The position numbers and the translations under genes are program-made. From positions 1,440,001-1,504,000 of the forward strand of contig CP068257.2 of NCBI GenBank assembly GCA_009914755.4: a stretch of DNA of 64,000 bases, in the 5' to 3' direction. Under the pieces are notes generated by a model that did no database searches, was not told the origin of the DNA, and saw nothing but the letters and a program-made list of their open reading frames with translations. Shown here one piece after another: positions 13,801 through 31,000 of the stretch. How positions within the stretch are numbered: position 1 is the first letter of the stretch; each line of letters starts with the position of its first letter. Source of the DNA: the human T2T-CHM13v2.0 reference genome, Homo sapiens.

Positions 13801-16399
13801 CTATAAATTATATACTGTACATAAAATATGAAATTACATCAAATATATATTAGGTACATAAAATATGAAAGTACATCAAATATAGATTATATACTGTACA
13901 TAAAATGTCAATGTACCCCAAATATATATTTTATACTCTACATGAAATATCAAAGTTCACAAACCATATATTATATACTGTACATAAAATATCAAGGTAC
14001 CCAAGATATATTCTATACTGTACAAAAAATATCAAAGTACCCAAAGCATGTATTATATACTGTACATAAAATATGAAAGCACATCAAATATATATTTTAT
14101 TCTGTACATAAAACATCAAAGTACACCAGATATATATTCTATACTGTACAAAAAATATCAAAGTACCCAAAGCATGTATTATATACTGTACATAAAATAT
14201 GAAATTACATCAAATATATATTATATTAGGTACATAAAATATGAAAGCACATCAAATATAGATTATATACTGTACATTAAATACCAAAGTAACACAAATA
14301 TATATTTTATACTGTACATCAAATATCAAAGTTCACAAACTATATATTATATACTGTACATAAAATATCAAAGTACCCAAGGTATATATTCTATACTGTA
14401 CAAAAAATATCAAAGTACCCAAAGCATGTATTATATACTGTACATAAAATATGAAAGTACATCAAATATATATTTTATTCTGTACATAAAATATCAAAGT
14501 ACACCAGATATATATTCTATAGTGTACATAAAATATCAAAGTACCCAAACTATACATTATATACTGTACATAAAATATGAGATTACATCAAATATATATA
14601 ATATTAGCTACATAAAATATGAAAGTTCATCAGATATAGATTATATACTGTACATAAAATATCAAAGTACCCCAAGTATATATTATATTCTCTACATGAA
14701 ATATCAAAGTTCACAAACTATATATTATATACTGTACATAAAATATCAAATTACCCATGGTATATATTCTATACTGTACAAAAAATATCAAAGTACCCAA
14801 AGCATGTATTATATACTGTATACAAAATATGAAAATACATTAAATATATATTTTATTCTGTACATAAAATATCAAAGTACACCAGATATGTATTCTATAG
14901 TGTACATAAAATAACAAAGTACACAAACTATAAATTATATACTGTACGTAAAATATGAAATTACATCAAATATATATTAGGTACATAAAATATGAAAGTA
15001 CATCAAATATAGATTATATACTGTACATATAATATCAATGTACCCCAAATATATATTTTATACTCTACATGAAATATCAAAGTTCACAAACCATACATTA
15101 TATACTGTACATAAAATATCAAAGTACCCAAGGTATATATTCTATACTGTACGAAAAATATCAAAGTACCCAAAGCATGTATTATATACTGTACATAAAA
15201 TAAGAAAGTACATCAAATATATATTTTATTCTGTACATAAAATATCAAAGTACACCAGATATATATTCTATAGTGTACATAAATTATCAAAGTACCCAAA
15301 CTATACATTATATACTGTACATAAAATATGAAATTACATCAAATATATATTAGGTACATAAAATATGAAAGTATATCAAATATAGATTATATACTGTACA
15401 TATAATATCAATGTACCCCAAATATATATTTTCTACTCTACATGAAATATCAAAATTCACAAACTATATATTATATACTGTAAATAAAATATCAAAGTAC
15501 CCAAGGTATATATTCTATACTGTACAAAAAATATCAAAGTACCCAAAGCATGTATTATATACTGTACATAAAATATGAAAGTACATCAAATATATATTTT
15601 ATTCTGTACATAAAATATCAAAGTACACCAGATATATATTCTATAGTGTACATAAAATATCAATGTACCCAAACTATACATTATATACTGTACATAAAAT
15701 ATGAAATTACATCAAATATATATTATATTAGGTACATAAAATATGAAAGCACATCAAATATAGATTATATACTGTACATTAAAAGCCAAAGTACCCCAAA
15801 TATATATTTTATACTGTACATCAAATATCAAAGTTCACAAACTATATATTATATACTGTACATAAAATATCAAAGTACCCAAGGTATATATTCTATACTG
15901 TACAAAAAATATCAAAGTATCCAAAGCATGTATTATATACTGTATATAAAATATGAAAGTACGTCAAATATATATTTTATTCTGTACATAAAATATCAAA
16001 GTACACCAGATATATATTCTATAGTGTACATAAAATAACAAAGTACACAAACTATAAATTATATACTGTACATAAAATATGAAATTACATCAAATATATA
16101 TTAGGTACATAAAATATGAAAGTACATCAAATATAGATTATATACTGTACATAAAATATCAATGTACCCCAAATATATATTTTATACTCTACATGAAATG
16201 TCAAAGTTCACAAACCATATATTATATACTGTACATAAAATATCAAAGTACCCAAGGTATATATTCTATACTATACAAAAAGTATCAAAGTACCCAAAGC
16301 ATGTATTATATACTGTACCTAAAATATGAAAGTACATCAAATATATATTTTATTCTGTACATAAAATATCAAAGTACACCAGATATATATTCTATAGTG

Positions 16400-19020
16400 T
16401 ACATAAAATATCAAAGTACCCAAACTATATATTATATACTGTACATAAAATATGAAATTACATCAAATATATTTTATATTAGGTACATAAAATATGAAAG
16501 TACATCAAATATAGATTATATACTGTACATTAAATACCAAAGTACCCCAAATATATATTTTATACTGTACATGAAATATCAAAGTTCACAAACTATATAT
16601 TATATACTGTACATATAATATCAAAGTACCCAGGGTATATATTCTATACTGTACAAAAAATAACAAAGTACCAAAAGCATGTATAATATACTGTACATAA
16701 AATATGAAAGTACATCAAATATATATTTTATTCTGTACATAAAATATCAAAGTACACCAGATATATATTCTATAGTGTACATAAAATATCAAAGTACCCA
16801 AACTATACATTATATACCGTACATAAAATATGAAATTACATCAAATATATATTAGGTTCATAAAATATGAATGTACATCAAATATAGATTATATACTGTA
16901 CATTAAATACCAAAGTACCCCAAATATATATTTTATACTCTACATGAAATATCAAAGTTCACAAACTATATATTATATACTGTACATAAAATATCAAAGT
17001 ACCCAAGGTATATATTCTATACTGTACAAAAAATAACAAAGTACCAAAAGCATGTATAATATACTGTACATAAAATATGAAAGTACATCAAATATATATT
17101 TTATTCTGTACATAAAATATCAAAGTACACCAGATATATATTCTATAGTGTACATAAAATATCAAAGTACCCAAACTATACATTATATACTGTAAATAAA
17201 ATATGAAATTACATCAAATATATTTTATATTAGGTACCTAAAATATGAAAGTACATCAAATATAGATTATATACTGTACATTAAATACCAAAGTACCCCA
17301 AATATATATTTTATACTGTACATGAAATATCAAAGTTCACAAACTATATATTATATACTGTACATTAATTATCAAAGTACCCAAGGTATATATTCTATAC
17401 TGTACAAAAAATATCAAAGTACCCAAAGCATGTATTATATACTGTACATAAAATATGAAAGTACATCAAATATATATTTTATTCTGTACATAAAATATCA
17501 AAGTACACCAGATATATATTTTATAGTGTACATAAAATAACGAAGTACCCAAACTATAAATTATATACTGTACATAAAATATGAAATTACATCAAATATA
17601 TATTAGGTACATAAAATATGAAAGTACATCAAATATAGATTATATACTGTACATAAAATATCAATGTACCCCAAATATATATTTTATACTGTACATGAAA
17701 TATCAAAGTTCACAAACCATATATTGTATACTGTACATAAAATATCAAAGTACCCAAGGTATGTATTCTATACTGTACAAAAAATATCAAAGTACCCAAA
17801 GCATGTATTATATACTGTACATAAAATATGAAAGTACATCAAATATATATTTTATTCTGTACATAAATTATCAAAGAACACCAGATATATATTCTATAGT
17901 GTACATAAAATATCAAAGTACACAAACTATACATTATATACTGTACATAAAATATGAAATTACATCAAATATATATTATATTAGGTACATAAAATATGAA
18001 AGTACATCAAATATAGATTATATACTGTACATAAAATATCAAAGTACCCCAAATATATATTATATACTCTACATGAAATATCAAAGTTCACAAACTATAT
18101 ATTATATACTATACATAAAATAAAGTACACAAAGTATATATTCTATACTGTACAAAAAATATCAAAGTACCCAAAGCATGTATTATATACTGTACATAAA
18201 ATATGAAAGTACATCAAATATATATTTTATTCTGTACATAAAATATCAAAGTACACCAGATATATATTCTATAGTGTACATAAAATATGAAAGTACCCAA
18301 ACTATACATTATATACTGTACATAAAATATGAAATTACATCAAATATATATTATATTAGGTACATAAAATATGAAAGTACATCAAATATAGATTATATAC
18401 TGTACATAAAATATCAAGGTACCCCAAATATATATTATATACTCTACATGAAATATCAAAGTTCACAAACTATATATTATATACTGTACATAAAATATCA
18501 AAGTACCCAAGGTATATATTCCATACTGCACAAAAAATTTCAAAGCACCCAAAGCATGTATTATATACTGTATATAAAATATGAAAGTACATCAAATATA
18601 TATTTTATTCTGTACATAAAATATCAAAGTACACCAGATATATATTCTATAGTGTACATAAAATAACAAAGTACACAAACTATAAATTATATACTGTACA
18701 TAAAATATGAAATTACATCAAATATATATTAGGTACATAAAATATGAAAGTACATCAAATATAGATTATATACTGTACATAAAATATCAAAGTACCCCAA
18801 ATATATATTATATACTCTACATGAAATATCAAAGTTCACAAACTATATATTATATACTGTACATAAAATATCAAAATACCCAAGGTATATATTCTATACT
18901 GTACAAAAAATATCAAAGTACCCAAAGCATGTATTATATACTGTACATAAAATATGAAAGTACATCAAATATATATTTTATTCTGTACATAAAACATAAA
19001 GGACACCAGATATATATTCT
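16400..19020. repeat. About 2.6-kb block repeated at about 22540-25160 (offset 6,136)
   Basis: ORF correspondences at +6,136: 16830/22966 (RFIKYECTSNIDY variant in both), 17322/23458, 17581/23717 (INYQRTPD in both), 18178/24314 and 18707/24843. The marker 'aggttcataaaatatgaatgtacatc' lies at 16854 and 22990. Confidence 0.8.
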
Positions 19021-22000
19021 ATAGTGTACATAAAATATAAAAGTACCAAAACTATACATTATATACTGTACATAAAATATGAAATTACATCAAATATATA
19101 TTATATTAGGTACATAATATATGAAAGTACATCAAATATAGATTATATACTGTACATAAAATATCAAAGTACCCGAAATATATATTATATACTCTACATG
19201 AAATATCAAAGTTCACAAACTATATATTATATACTGTACATAAAATATCAAAGTACCCAAGGTATATATTCTGTAATGTACAAAAAATATCAAAGTACCC
19301 AAAGCATGTATTATATACTGTACATAAAATATGAAAGTACATCAAATATATATTTTATTCTGTACATAAAATATCAAAGTACACCAGATATATATTCTAT
19401 AGTGTACATAAAATAACAAAGTACACAAACTATAAATTATATACTGTACATAAAATATGAAATTACATCAAATATATATTAGGTACATAAAATATGAAAG
19501 TACATCAAATATAGATTATATACTGTACATAAAATATCAAAGTACCCCAAATATATATTATATACTGTACATGAAATATCAAAGTTCACAAACTATATAT
19601 TATATACTGTACATAAAATATCAAAGTACCCGAGGTATATATTCTATACTGTACAAAAAATATCAAAGTACCCAAAACATGTATTATATACTGTACATAA
19701 AATATGAAAGTACATCAAATATATATTTTATTCTGTACATAAAATATCAAAGTACACCAGATATATATTCTATAGTGTACATAAAATAACAAAGTACACA
19801 AACGATAAATTATATACTGTACATAAAATATGACATTACATCAAATATATATTAGGTACATAAAATATGAAAGTACATCAAATATAGATTATATACTGTA
19901 CATAAAATATCAATGTACCCCAAATATATATTTTATACTCTACATGAAATATCAAAGTTCACAAACCATATATTATATACTGTACATATAATATCAAAGT
20001 ACCCAAGGTATATATTCTATACAGTACAAAAAATATCAAAGTACCCAAAGCATGTATTTTATACTGTACATAAAATATGAAACTACATCAAATATATATT
20101 TTATTCTGGACAAAAAATATCAAAGTACACCAGACATATTTTCTATAGTGTACATAAAATATCAAAGTACCCAAAGCATGTATTATATACTGTACATAAA
20201 ATATGAAAGTACATCAAATATATATTTTATTCTGTACATAAAATATCAAAGTACACCAGATATATATTCTATAGTGTACATAAAATATCAAAAGTACCCA
20301 AACTATACATTATATACTGTACATAAAATATGAACTTACATCAAATATATATTATATTAGGTACATAAAATATGAAAGTACATCAAATATAGATTATATA
20401 CTGTACATTAAATACCAAAGTACCCCAAATATATATTTTATACTGTACATGTAATATCAAAGTTCACACACTATATATTATATACTGTACATAAAATATC
20501 AAAGTACCCAAGGTATATATTCTATACTGTACAAAAAACATCAAAGTACCCAAAGCATGTATTATATACTGTACATAAAATATGAAAGTACATCAAATAT
20601 ATATTTTATTCTGTACATAAAATATCAAAGTACACCAGATATATATTCTATAGTGTATATAAAATATCAAAGTACCCAAACTATAAATTATATACTGTAC
20701 ATAAAATATGAAATTACATCAAATATATATTATATTAGGTACATAAAATATGAAAGTACATCAAATATAGATTATATACTGTACATAAAATATCAAAGTA
20801 CCCCAAAGATATATTATATACTCTACATGAAATATCAAAGTTCACAAACTATATATTATATACTGTACATAAAATATCAAAGTACCCAAGGTATATATTC
20901 TATACTGTACAAAAAATATCAAAGTACCCAAAGCATGTATTATATACTGTATATAAAATATGAAAGTACATCAAATATATATTTTATTCTGTACATAAAA
21001 TATCAAAGTACACCAGATATATATTCTATAGTGTACATAAAATAACAAAGTACACAAACTATAAATTATATACTGTACGTAAAATATGAAATTACATCAA
21101 ATATATATTAGGTACATAAAATATGAAAGTACATCAAATATAGATTATATACTGTACATATATTATCAATGTACCCCAAATATATATTTTATACTCTACA
21201 TGAAATATCAAAGTTCAGAAACCATATATTATATACTGTACATAAAATATCAAAGTACCCAAGGTATATATTCTATACTGTACAAAAAATATCAAAGTAC
21301 CCAAAGCATGTATTATATACTGTACATAAAATATGAAAGCACATCAAATATATATTTTATTCTGTACATAAAACATCAAAGTACACCAGATATATATTCT
21401 ATACTGTACAAAAAATATCAAAGTACCCAAAGCATGTATTATATACTGTACATAAAATATGAAATTACATCAAATATATATTATATTAGGTACATAAAAT
21501 ATGAAAGCACATCAAATATAGATTATATACTGTACATTAAATACCAAAGTAACACAAATATATATTTTATACTGTACATCAAATATCAAAGTTCACAAAC
21601 TATATATTATATACTGTACATAAAATATCAAAGTACCCAAGGTATGTATTCTATACTGTATAAAAAATATCAAAGTACCCAAAGCATGTATTATATACTG
21701 TACATAAAATATGAAAGTACATCAAATATATATTTTATTCTGTACATAAAATATCAAAGTACACCAGATATATATTCTATAGTGTACATAAAATATCAAA
21801 GTACCCAAACTATACATTATATACTGTACATAAAATATGAGATTACATCAAATATATATAATATTAGCTACATAAAATATGAAAGTACATCAGATATAGA
21901 TTATATACTGTACAAAAAATATCAAAGTACCCCAAATATATATTATATTCTCTACATGAAATATCAAAGTTCACAAACTATATATTATATACTGTACATA

Positions 22001-25000
22001 AAATATCAAAGTACCCATGGTATATATTCTATACTGTACAAAAAATATCAAAGTACCCAAAGCATGTATTATATACTGTATACAAAATATGAAAATACAT
22101 TAAATATATATTTTATTCTGTACATAAAATATCAAAGTACACCAGATATGTATTCTATAGTGTACATAAAATAACAAAGTACACAAACTATAAATTATAT
22201 ACTGTACGTAAAATATGAAATTACATCAAATATATATTAGGTACATAAAATATGAAAGTACATCAAATATAGATTATATACTGTACATATAATATCAATG
22301 TACCCCAAATATATATTTTATACTCTACATGAAATATCAAAGTTCACAAACCATACATTATATACTGTACATAAAATATCAAAGTACCCAAGGTATATAT
22401 TCTATACTGTACGAAAAATATCAAAGTACCCAAAGCATGTATTATATACTGTACATAAAATATGAAAGTACATCAAATATATATTTTATTCTGTACATAA
22501 AATATCAAAGTACACCAGATATATATTCTATAGTGTACATAAAATATCAAAGTACCCAAACTATATATTATATACTGTACATAAAATATGAAATTACATC
22601 AAATATATTTTATATTAGGTACATAAAATATGAAAGTACATCAAATATAGATTATATACTGTACATTAAATACCAAAGTACCCCAAATATATATTTTATA
22701 CTGTACATGAAATATCAAAGTTCACAAACTATATATTATATACTGTACATATAATATCAAAGTACCCAGGGTATATATTCTATACTGTACAAAAAATAAC
22801 AAAGTACCAAAAGCATGTATAATATACTGTACATAAAATATGAAAGTACATCAAATATATATTTTATTCTGTACATAAAATATCAAAGTACACCAGATAT
22901 ATATTCTATAGTGTACATAAAATATCAAAGTACCCAAACTATACATTATATACCGTACATAAAATATGAAATTACATCAAATATATATTAGGTTCATAAA
23001 ATATGAATGTACATCAAATATAGATTATATACTGTACATTAAATACCAAAGTACCCCAAATATATATTTTATACTCTACATGAAATATCAAAGTTCACAA
23101 ACTATATATTATATACTGTACATAAAATATCAAAGTACCCAAGGTATATATTCTATACTGTACAAAAAATAACAAAGTACCAAAAGCATGTATAATATAC
23201 TGTACATAAAATATGAAAGTACATCAAATATATATTTTATTCTGTACATAAAATATCAAAGTACACCAGATATATATTCTATAGTGTACATAAAATATCA
23301 AAGTACCCAAACTATACATTATATACTGTAAATAAAATATGAAATTACATCAAATATATTTTATATTAGGTACCTAAAATATGAAAGTACATCAAATATA
23401 GATTATATACTGTACATTAAATACCAAAGTACCCCAAATATATATTTTATACTGTACATGAAATATCAAAGTTCACAAACTATATATTATATACTGTACA
23501 TAAATTATCAAAGTACCCAAGGTATATATTCTATACTGTACAAAAAATATCAAAGTACCCAAAGCATGTATTATATACTGTACATAAAATATGAAAGTAC
23601 ATCAAATATATATTTTATTCTGTACATAAAATATCAAAGTACACCAGATATATATTTTATAGTGTACATAAAATAACGAAGTACCCAAACTATAAATTAT
23701 ATACTGTACATAAAATATGAAATTACATCAAATATATATTAGGTACATAAAATATGAAAGTACATCAAATATAGATTATATACTGTACATAAAATATCAA
23801 TGTACCCCAAATATATATTTTATACTGTACATGAAATATCAAAGTTCACAAACCATATATTGTATACTGTACATAAAATATCAAAGTACCCAAGGTATGT
23901 ATTCTATACTGTACAAAAAATATCAAAGTACCCAAAGCATGTATTATATACTGTACATAAAATATGAAAGTACATCAAATATATATTTTATTCTGTACAT
24001 AAATTATCAAAGAACACCAGATATATATTCTATAGTGTACATAAAATATCAAAGTACACAAACTATACATTATATACTGTACATAAAATATGAAATTACA
24101 TCAAATATATATTATATTGGGTACATAAAATATGAAAGTACATCAAATATAGATTATATACTGTACATAAAATATCAAAGTACCCCAAATATATATTATA
24201 TACTCTACATGAAATATCAAAGTTCACAAACTATATATTATATACTATACATAAAATAAAGTACACAAAGTATATATTCTATACTGTACAAAAAATATCA
24301 AAGTACCCAAAGCATGTATTATATACTGTACATAAAATATGAAAGTACATCAAATATATATTTTATTCTGTACATAAAATATCAAAGTACACCAGATATA
24401 TATTCTATAGTGTACATAAAATATCAAAGTACCCAAACTATACATTATATACTGTACATAAAATATGAAATTACATCAAATATATATTATATTAGGTACA
24501 TAAAATATGAAAGTACATCAAATATAGATTATATACTGTACATAAAATATCAAGGTACCCCAAATATATATTATATACTCTACATGAAATATCAAAGTTC
24601 ACAAACTATATATTATATACTGTACATAAAATATCAAAGTACCCAAGGTATATATTCCATACTGCACAAAAAATTTCAAAGCACCCAAAGCATGTATTAT
24701 ATACTGTACATAAAATATAACATTACATCAAATATATATTTTATTCTGTACATAAAATATCAAAGTACACCAGATATATATTCTATAGTGTACATAAAAT
24801 AACAAAGTACACAAACTATAAATTATATACTGTACATAAAATATGAAATTACATCAAATATATATTAGGTACATAAAATATGAAAGTACATCAAATATAG
24901 ATTATATACTGTACATAAAATATCAAAGTACCCCAAATATATATTATATACTCTACATGAAATATCAAAGTTCACAAACTATATATTATATACTGTACAT

Positions 25001-28000
25001 AAAATATCAAAATACCCAAGGTATATATTCTATACTGTACAAAAAATATCAAAGTACCCAAAGCATGTATTATATACTGTACATAAAATATGAAAGTACA
25101 TCAAATATATATTTTATTCTGTACATAAAACATAAAGGACACCAGATATATATTCTATAGTGTACATAAAATATAAAAGTACCAAAACTATACATTATAT
25201 ACTGTACATAAAATATGAAATTACATCAAATATATATTATATTAGGTACATAATATATGAAAGTACATCAAATATAGATTATATACACTACATAAAATAT
25301 CAAAGTACCCGAAATATGTATTATATACTCTACATGAAATATCAAAGTTCACAAACTATATATTATATACTGTACATAAAATATCAAAGTACCCAAGGTA
25401 TATATTCTGTAATGTACAAAAAATATCAAAGTATCCAAAGCATGTATTATACACTGTATATAAAATATGAAATTACATTAAATATATATTTTATTCTGTA
25501 CATAAAATATCAAAGTACACCAGATATATATTCTATAGTGTCTATAAAATTACAAAATACACAAACTATAAATTATATACTGTACATAAAATATGAAATT
25601 ACATCAAATATATATTAGGTACATAAAATATGAAAGTACATCAAATATAGATTATATACTGTACATATAATATCAATGTACCCCAAATATATATTTTATA
25701 CTCTACATGAAATATCAAAGTTCACAAACCATACATTATATACTGTACATAAAATATCAAATTACCCAAGGTATATATTCTATACTGTACAAAAAATATC
25801 AAAGTACCCAAAGCATGTATTATATACTGTACATAAAATATGAAAGTACATCAAATATATATTTTATTCTGTACATAAAATATCAAAGTACACCAGATAT
25901 ATATTCTATAGTGTACATAAAATATCAAATTACCCAAACTATACATTATATACTGTACATAAAATATGAAATTACATCAAATATATATTATATTAGGTAC
26001 ATAAAATATGAAAGTACATCAAATATAGATTATATACTGTACATAAAATATCAAAGTACCCAAATATATATTATATACTCTACATGAAATATCAAAGTTC
26101 ACAAACTATATATTATATACTATACATAAAATATCAAAGTACCCAAGGTATATATTCTATACTGTACAAAAAATATCAAAGTACCCAAAGCATGTATTAT
26201 ATACTGTACATAAAATATGAAAGTACATCAAATATATATTTTATTCTGTACATAAAATATCAAAGTACACCAGATATATATTCTATAGTGTACATAAAAT
26301 AACAAAGTACACAAACTATAAATTATATACTGTACATAAAATATGAAATTACATCAAATATATATTAGGTACATAAAATATGAAAGTACATCAAATATAG
26401 ATTATATACTGTACATAAAATATCAAAGTACCCCAAATATATATTATATACTGTACATGAAATATCAAAGTTCACAAACTATATATTATATACTGTACAT
26501 AAAATATCAAAGTACCCGAGGTATATATTCTATACTGTACAAAAAATATCAAAGTACCCAAAACATGTATTATATACTGTACATAAAATATGAAAGTACA
26601 TCAAATATATATTTTATTCTGTACATAAAATATCAAAGTACACCAGATATATATTCTATAGTGTACATAAAATAACAAAGTACACAAACGATAAATTATA
26701 TACTGTACATAAAATATGACATTACATCAAATATATATTAGGTACATAAAATATGAAAGTACATCAAATATAGATTATATACTGTACATAAAATATCAAT
26801 GTACCCCAAATATATATTTTATACTCTACATGAAATATCAAAGTTCACAAACCATATATTATATACTGTACATATAATATCAAAGTACCCAAGGTATATA
26901 TTCTATACAGTACAAAAAATATCAAAGTACCCAAAGCATGTATTTTATACTGTACATAAAATATGAAACTACATCAAATATATATTTTATTCTGGACAAA
27001 AAATATCAAAGTACACCAGACATATTTTCTATAGTGTACATAAAATATCAAAGTACCCAAAGCATGTATTATATACTGTACATAAAATATGAAAGTACAT
27101 CAAATATATATTTTATTCTGTACATAAAATATCAAAGTACACCAGATATATATTCTATAGTGTACATAAAATATCAAAAGTACCCAAACTATACATTATA
27201 TACTGTACATAAAATATGAACTTACATCAAATATATATTATATTAGGTACATAAAATATGAAAGTACATCAAATATAGATTATATACTGTACATTAAATA
27301 CCAAAGTACCCCAAATATATATTTTATACTGTACATGTAATATCAAAGTTCACACACTATATATTATATACTGTACATAAAATATCAAAGTACCCAAGGT
27401 ATATATTCTATACTGTACAAAAAACATCAAAGTACCCAAAGCATGTATTATATACTGTACATAAAATATGAAAGTACATCAAATATATATTTTATTCTGT
27501 ACATAAAATATCAAAGTACACCAGATATATATTCTATAGTGTATATAAAATATCAAAGTACCCAAACTATAAATTATATACTGTACATAAAATATGAAAT
27601 TACATCAAATATATATTATATTAGGTACATAAAATATGAAAGTACATCAAATATAGATTATATACTGTACATAAAATATCAAAGTACCCCAAAGATATAT
27701 TATATACTCTACATGAAATATCAAAGTTCACAAACTATATATTATATACTGTACATAAAATATCAAAGTACCCAAGGTATATATTCTATACTGTACAAAA
27801 AATATCAAAGTACCCAAAGCATGTATTATATACTGTATATAAAATATGAAAGTACATCAAATATATATTTTATTCTGTACATAAAATATCAAAGTACACC
27901 AGATATATATTCTATAGTGTACATAAAATAACAAAGTACACAAACTATAAATTATATACTGTACGTAAAATATGAAATTACATCAAATATATATTAGGTA

Positions 28001-31000
28001 CATAAAATATGAAAGTACATCAAATATAGATTATATACTGTACATATATTATCAATGTACCCCAAATATATATTTTATACTCTACATGAAATATCAAAGT
28101 TCAGAAACCATATATTATATACTGTACATAAAATATCAAAGTACCCAAGGTATATATTCTATACTGTACAAAAAATATCAAAGTACCCAAAGCATGTATT
28201 ATATACTGTACATAAAATATGAAAGCACATCAAATATATATTTTATTCTGTACATAAAACATCAAAGTACACCAGATATATATTCTATACTGTACAAAAA
28301 ATATCAAAGTACCCAAAGCATGTATTATATACTGTACATAAAATATGAAATTACATCAAATATATATTATATTAGGTACATAAAATATGAAAGCACATCA
28401 AATATAGATTATATACTGTACATTAAATACCAAAGTAACACAAATATATATTTTATACTGTAAATCAAATATCAAAGTTCACAAACTATATATTATATAC
28501 TGTACATAAAATATCAAAGTACCCAAGGTATGTATTCTATACTGTATAAAAAATATCAAAGTACCCAAAGCATGTATTATATACTGTACATAAAATATGA
28601 AAGTACATCAAATATATATTTTATTCTGTACATAAAATATCAAAGTACACCAGATATATATTCTATAGTGTACATAAAATATCAAAGTACCCAAACTATA
28701 CATTATATACTGTACATAAAATATGAGATTACATCAAATATATATAATATTAGCTACATAAAATATGAAAGTACATCAGATATAGATTATATACTGTACA
28801 AAAAATATCAAAGTACCCCAAATATATATTATATTCTCTACATGAAATATCAAAGTTCACAAACTATATATTATATACTGTACATAAAATATCAAAGTAC
28901 CCATGGTATATATTCTATACTGTACAAAAAATATCAAAGTACCCAAAGCATGTATTATATACTGTATACAAAATATGAAAATACATTAAATATATATTTT
29001 ATTCTGTACATAAAATATCAAAGTACACCAGATATGTATTCTATAGTGTACATAAAATAACAAAGTACACAAACTATAAATTATATACTGTACGTAAAAT
29101 ATGAAATTACATCAAATATATATTAGGTACATAAAATATGAAAGTACATCAAATATAGATTATATACTGTACATATAATATCAATGTACCCCAAATATAT
29201 ATTTTATACTCTACATGAAATATCAAAGTTCACAAACCATACATTATATACTGTACATAAAATATCAAAGTACCCAAGGTATATATTCTATACTGTACGA
29301 AAAATATCAAAGTACCCAAAGCATGTATTATATACTGTACATAAAATATGAAAGTACATCAAATATATATTTTATTCTGTACATAAAATATCAAAGTACA
29401 CCAGATATATATTCTATAGTGTACATAAAATATCAAAGTACCCAAACTATACATTATATACTGTACATAAAATATGAAATTACATCAAATATATATTAGG
29501 TACATAAAATATGAAAGTATATCAAATATAGATTATATACTGTACATATAATATCAATGTACCCCAAATATATATTTTATACTCTACATGAAATATCAAA
29601 ATTCACAAACTATATATTATATACTGTACATAAAATATCAAAGTACCCAAGTTATATATTCTATACTGTACAAAAAATATCAAAGTACCCAAAGCATGTT
29701 TTATATACTGTACATAAAATATGAAAGTACATCAAATATATATTTTATTCTGTAAATAAAATATCAAAGTACACCAGATATATATTCTATAGTGTACATA
29801 AAATATCAATGTACCCAAACTATACATTATATACTGTACATAAAATATGAAATTACATCAAATATATATTATATTAGGTACATAAAATATGAAAGCACAT
29901 CAAATATAGATTATATACTGTACATTAAATGCCAAAGTACCCCAAATATATATTTTATACTGTACATCAAATATCAAAGTTCACAAACTATATATTATAT
30001 ACTGTACATAAAATATCAAAGTACCCAAGGTATATATTCTATACTGTACAAAAAATATCAAAGTATCCAAAGCATGTATTATATACTTTATATAAAATAT
30101 GAAAGTACGTCAAATATATATTTTATTCTGTACATAAAATATCAAAGTACACCAGATATATATTCTATAGTGTACATAAAATAACAAAGTACACAAACTA
30201 TAAATTATATACTGTACATAAAATATGAAATTACATCAAATATATATTAGGTACATAAAATATGAAAGTACATCAAATATAGATTATATACTGTACATAT
30301 AATATCAATGTACCCCAAATATATATTTTATACTCTACATGAAATATCAAAGTTCACAAACCATATATTATATACTGTACATAAAATATCAAAGTACCCA
30401 AGGTATATATTCTATACTATACAAAAAGTATCAAAGTACCCAAAGCATGTATTATATACTGTACCTAAAATATGAAAGTACATCAAATATATATTTTATT
30501 CTGTACATAAAATATCAAAGTACACCAGATATATATTCTATACTGTACATAAAATATCAAAGTACCCAAACTATATATTATATACTGTACATAAAATATG
30601 AAATTACATCAAATATATTTTATATTAGGTACATAAAATATGAAAGTACATCAAATATAGATTATATACTGTACATTAAATACCAAAGTACCCCAAATAT
30701 ATATTTTATACTGTACATAAAATATCAAAGTTCACAAACTATATATTATATACTGTACATATAATATCAAAGTACCCAGGGTATATATTCTATACTGTAC
30801 AAAAAATAACAAAGTACCAAAAGCATGTATAATATACTGTACATAAAATTTGAAAGTACATCAAATATATATTTTATTCTGTACATAAAATATCAAAGTA
30901 CACCCGATATATATTCTATAGTGTACATAAAATATCAAAGTACCCAAACTATACATTATATACCGTACATAAAATATGAAATTACATCAAATATATATTA

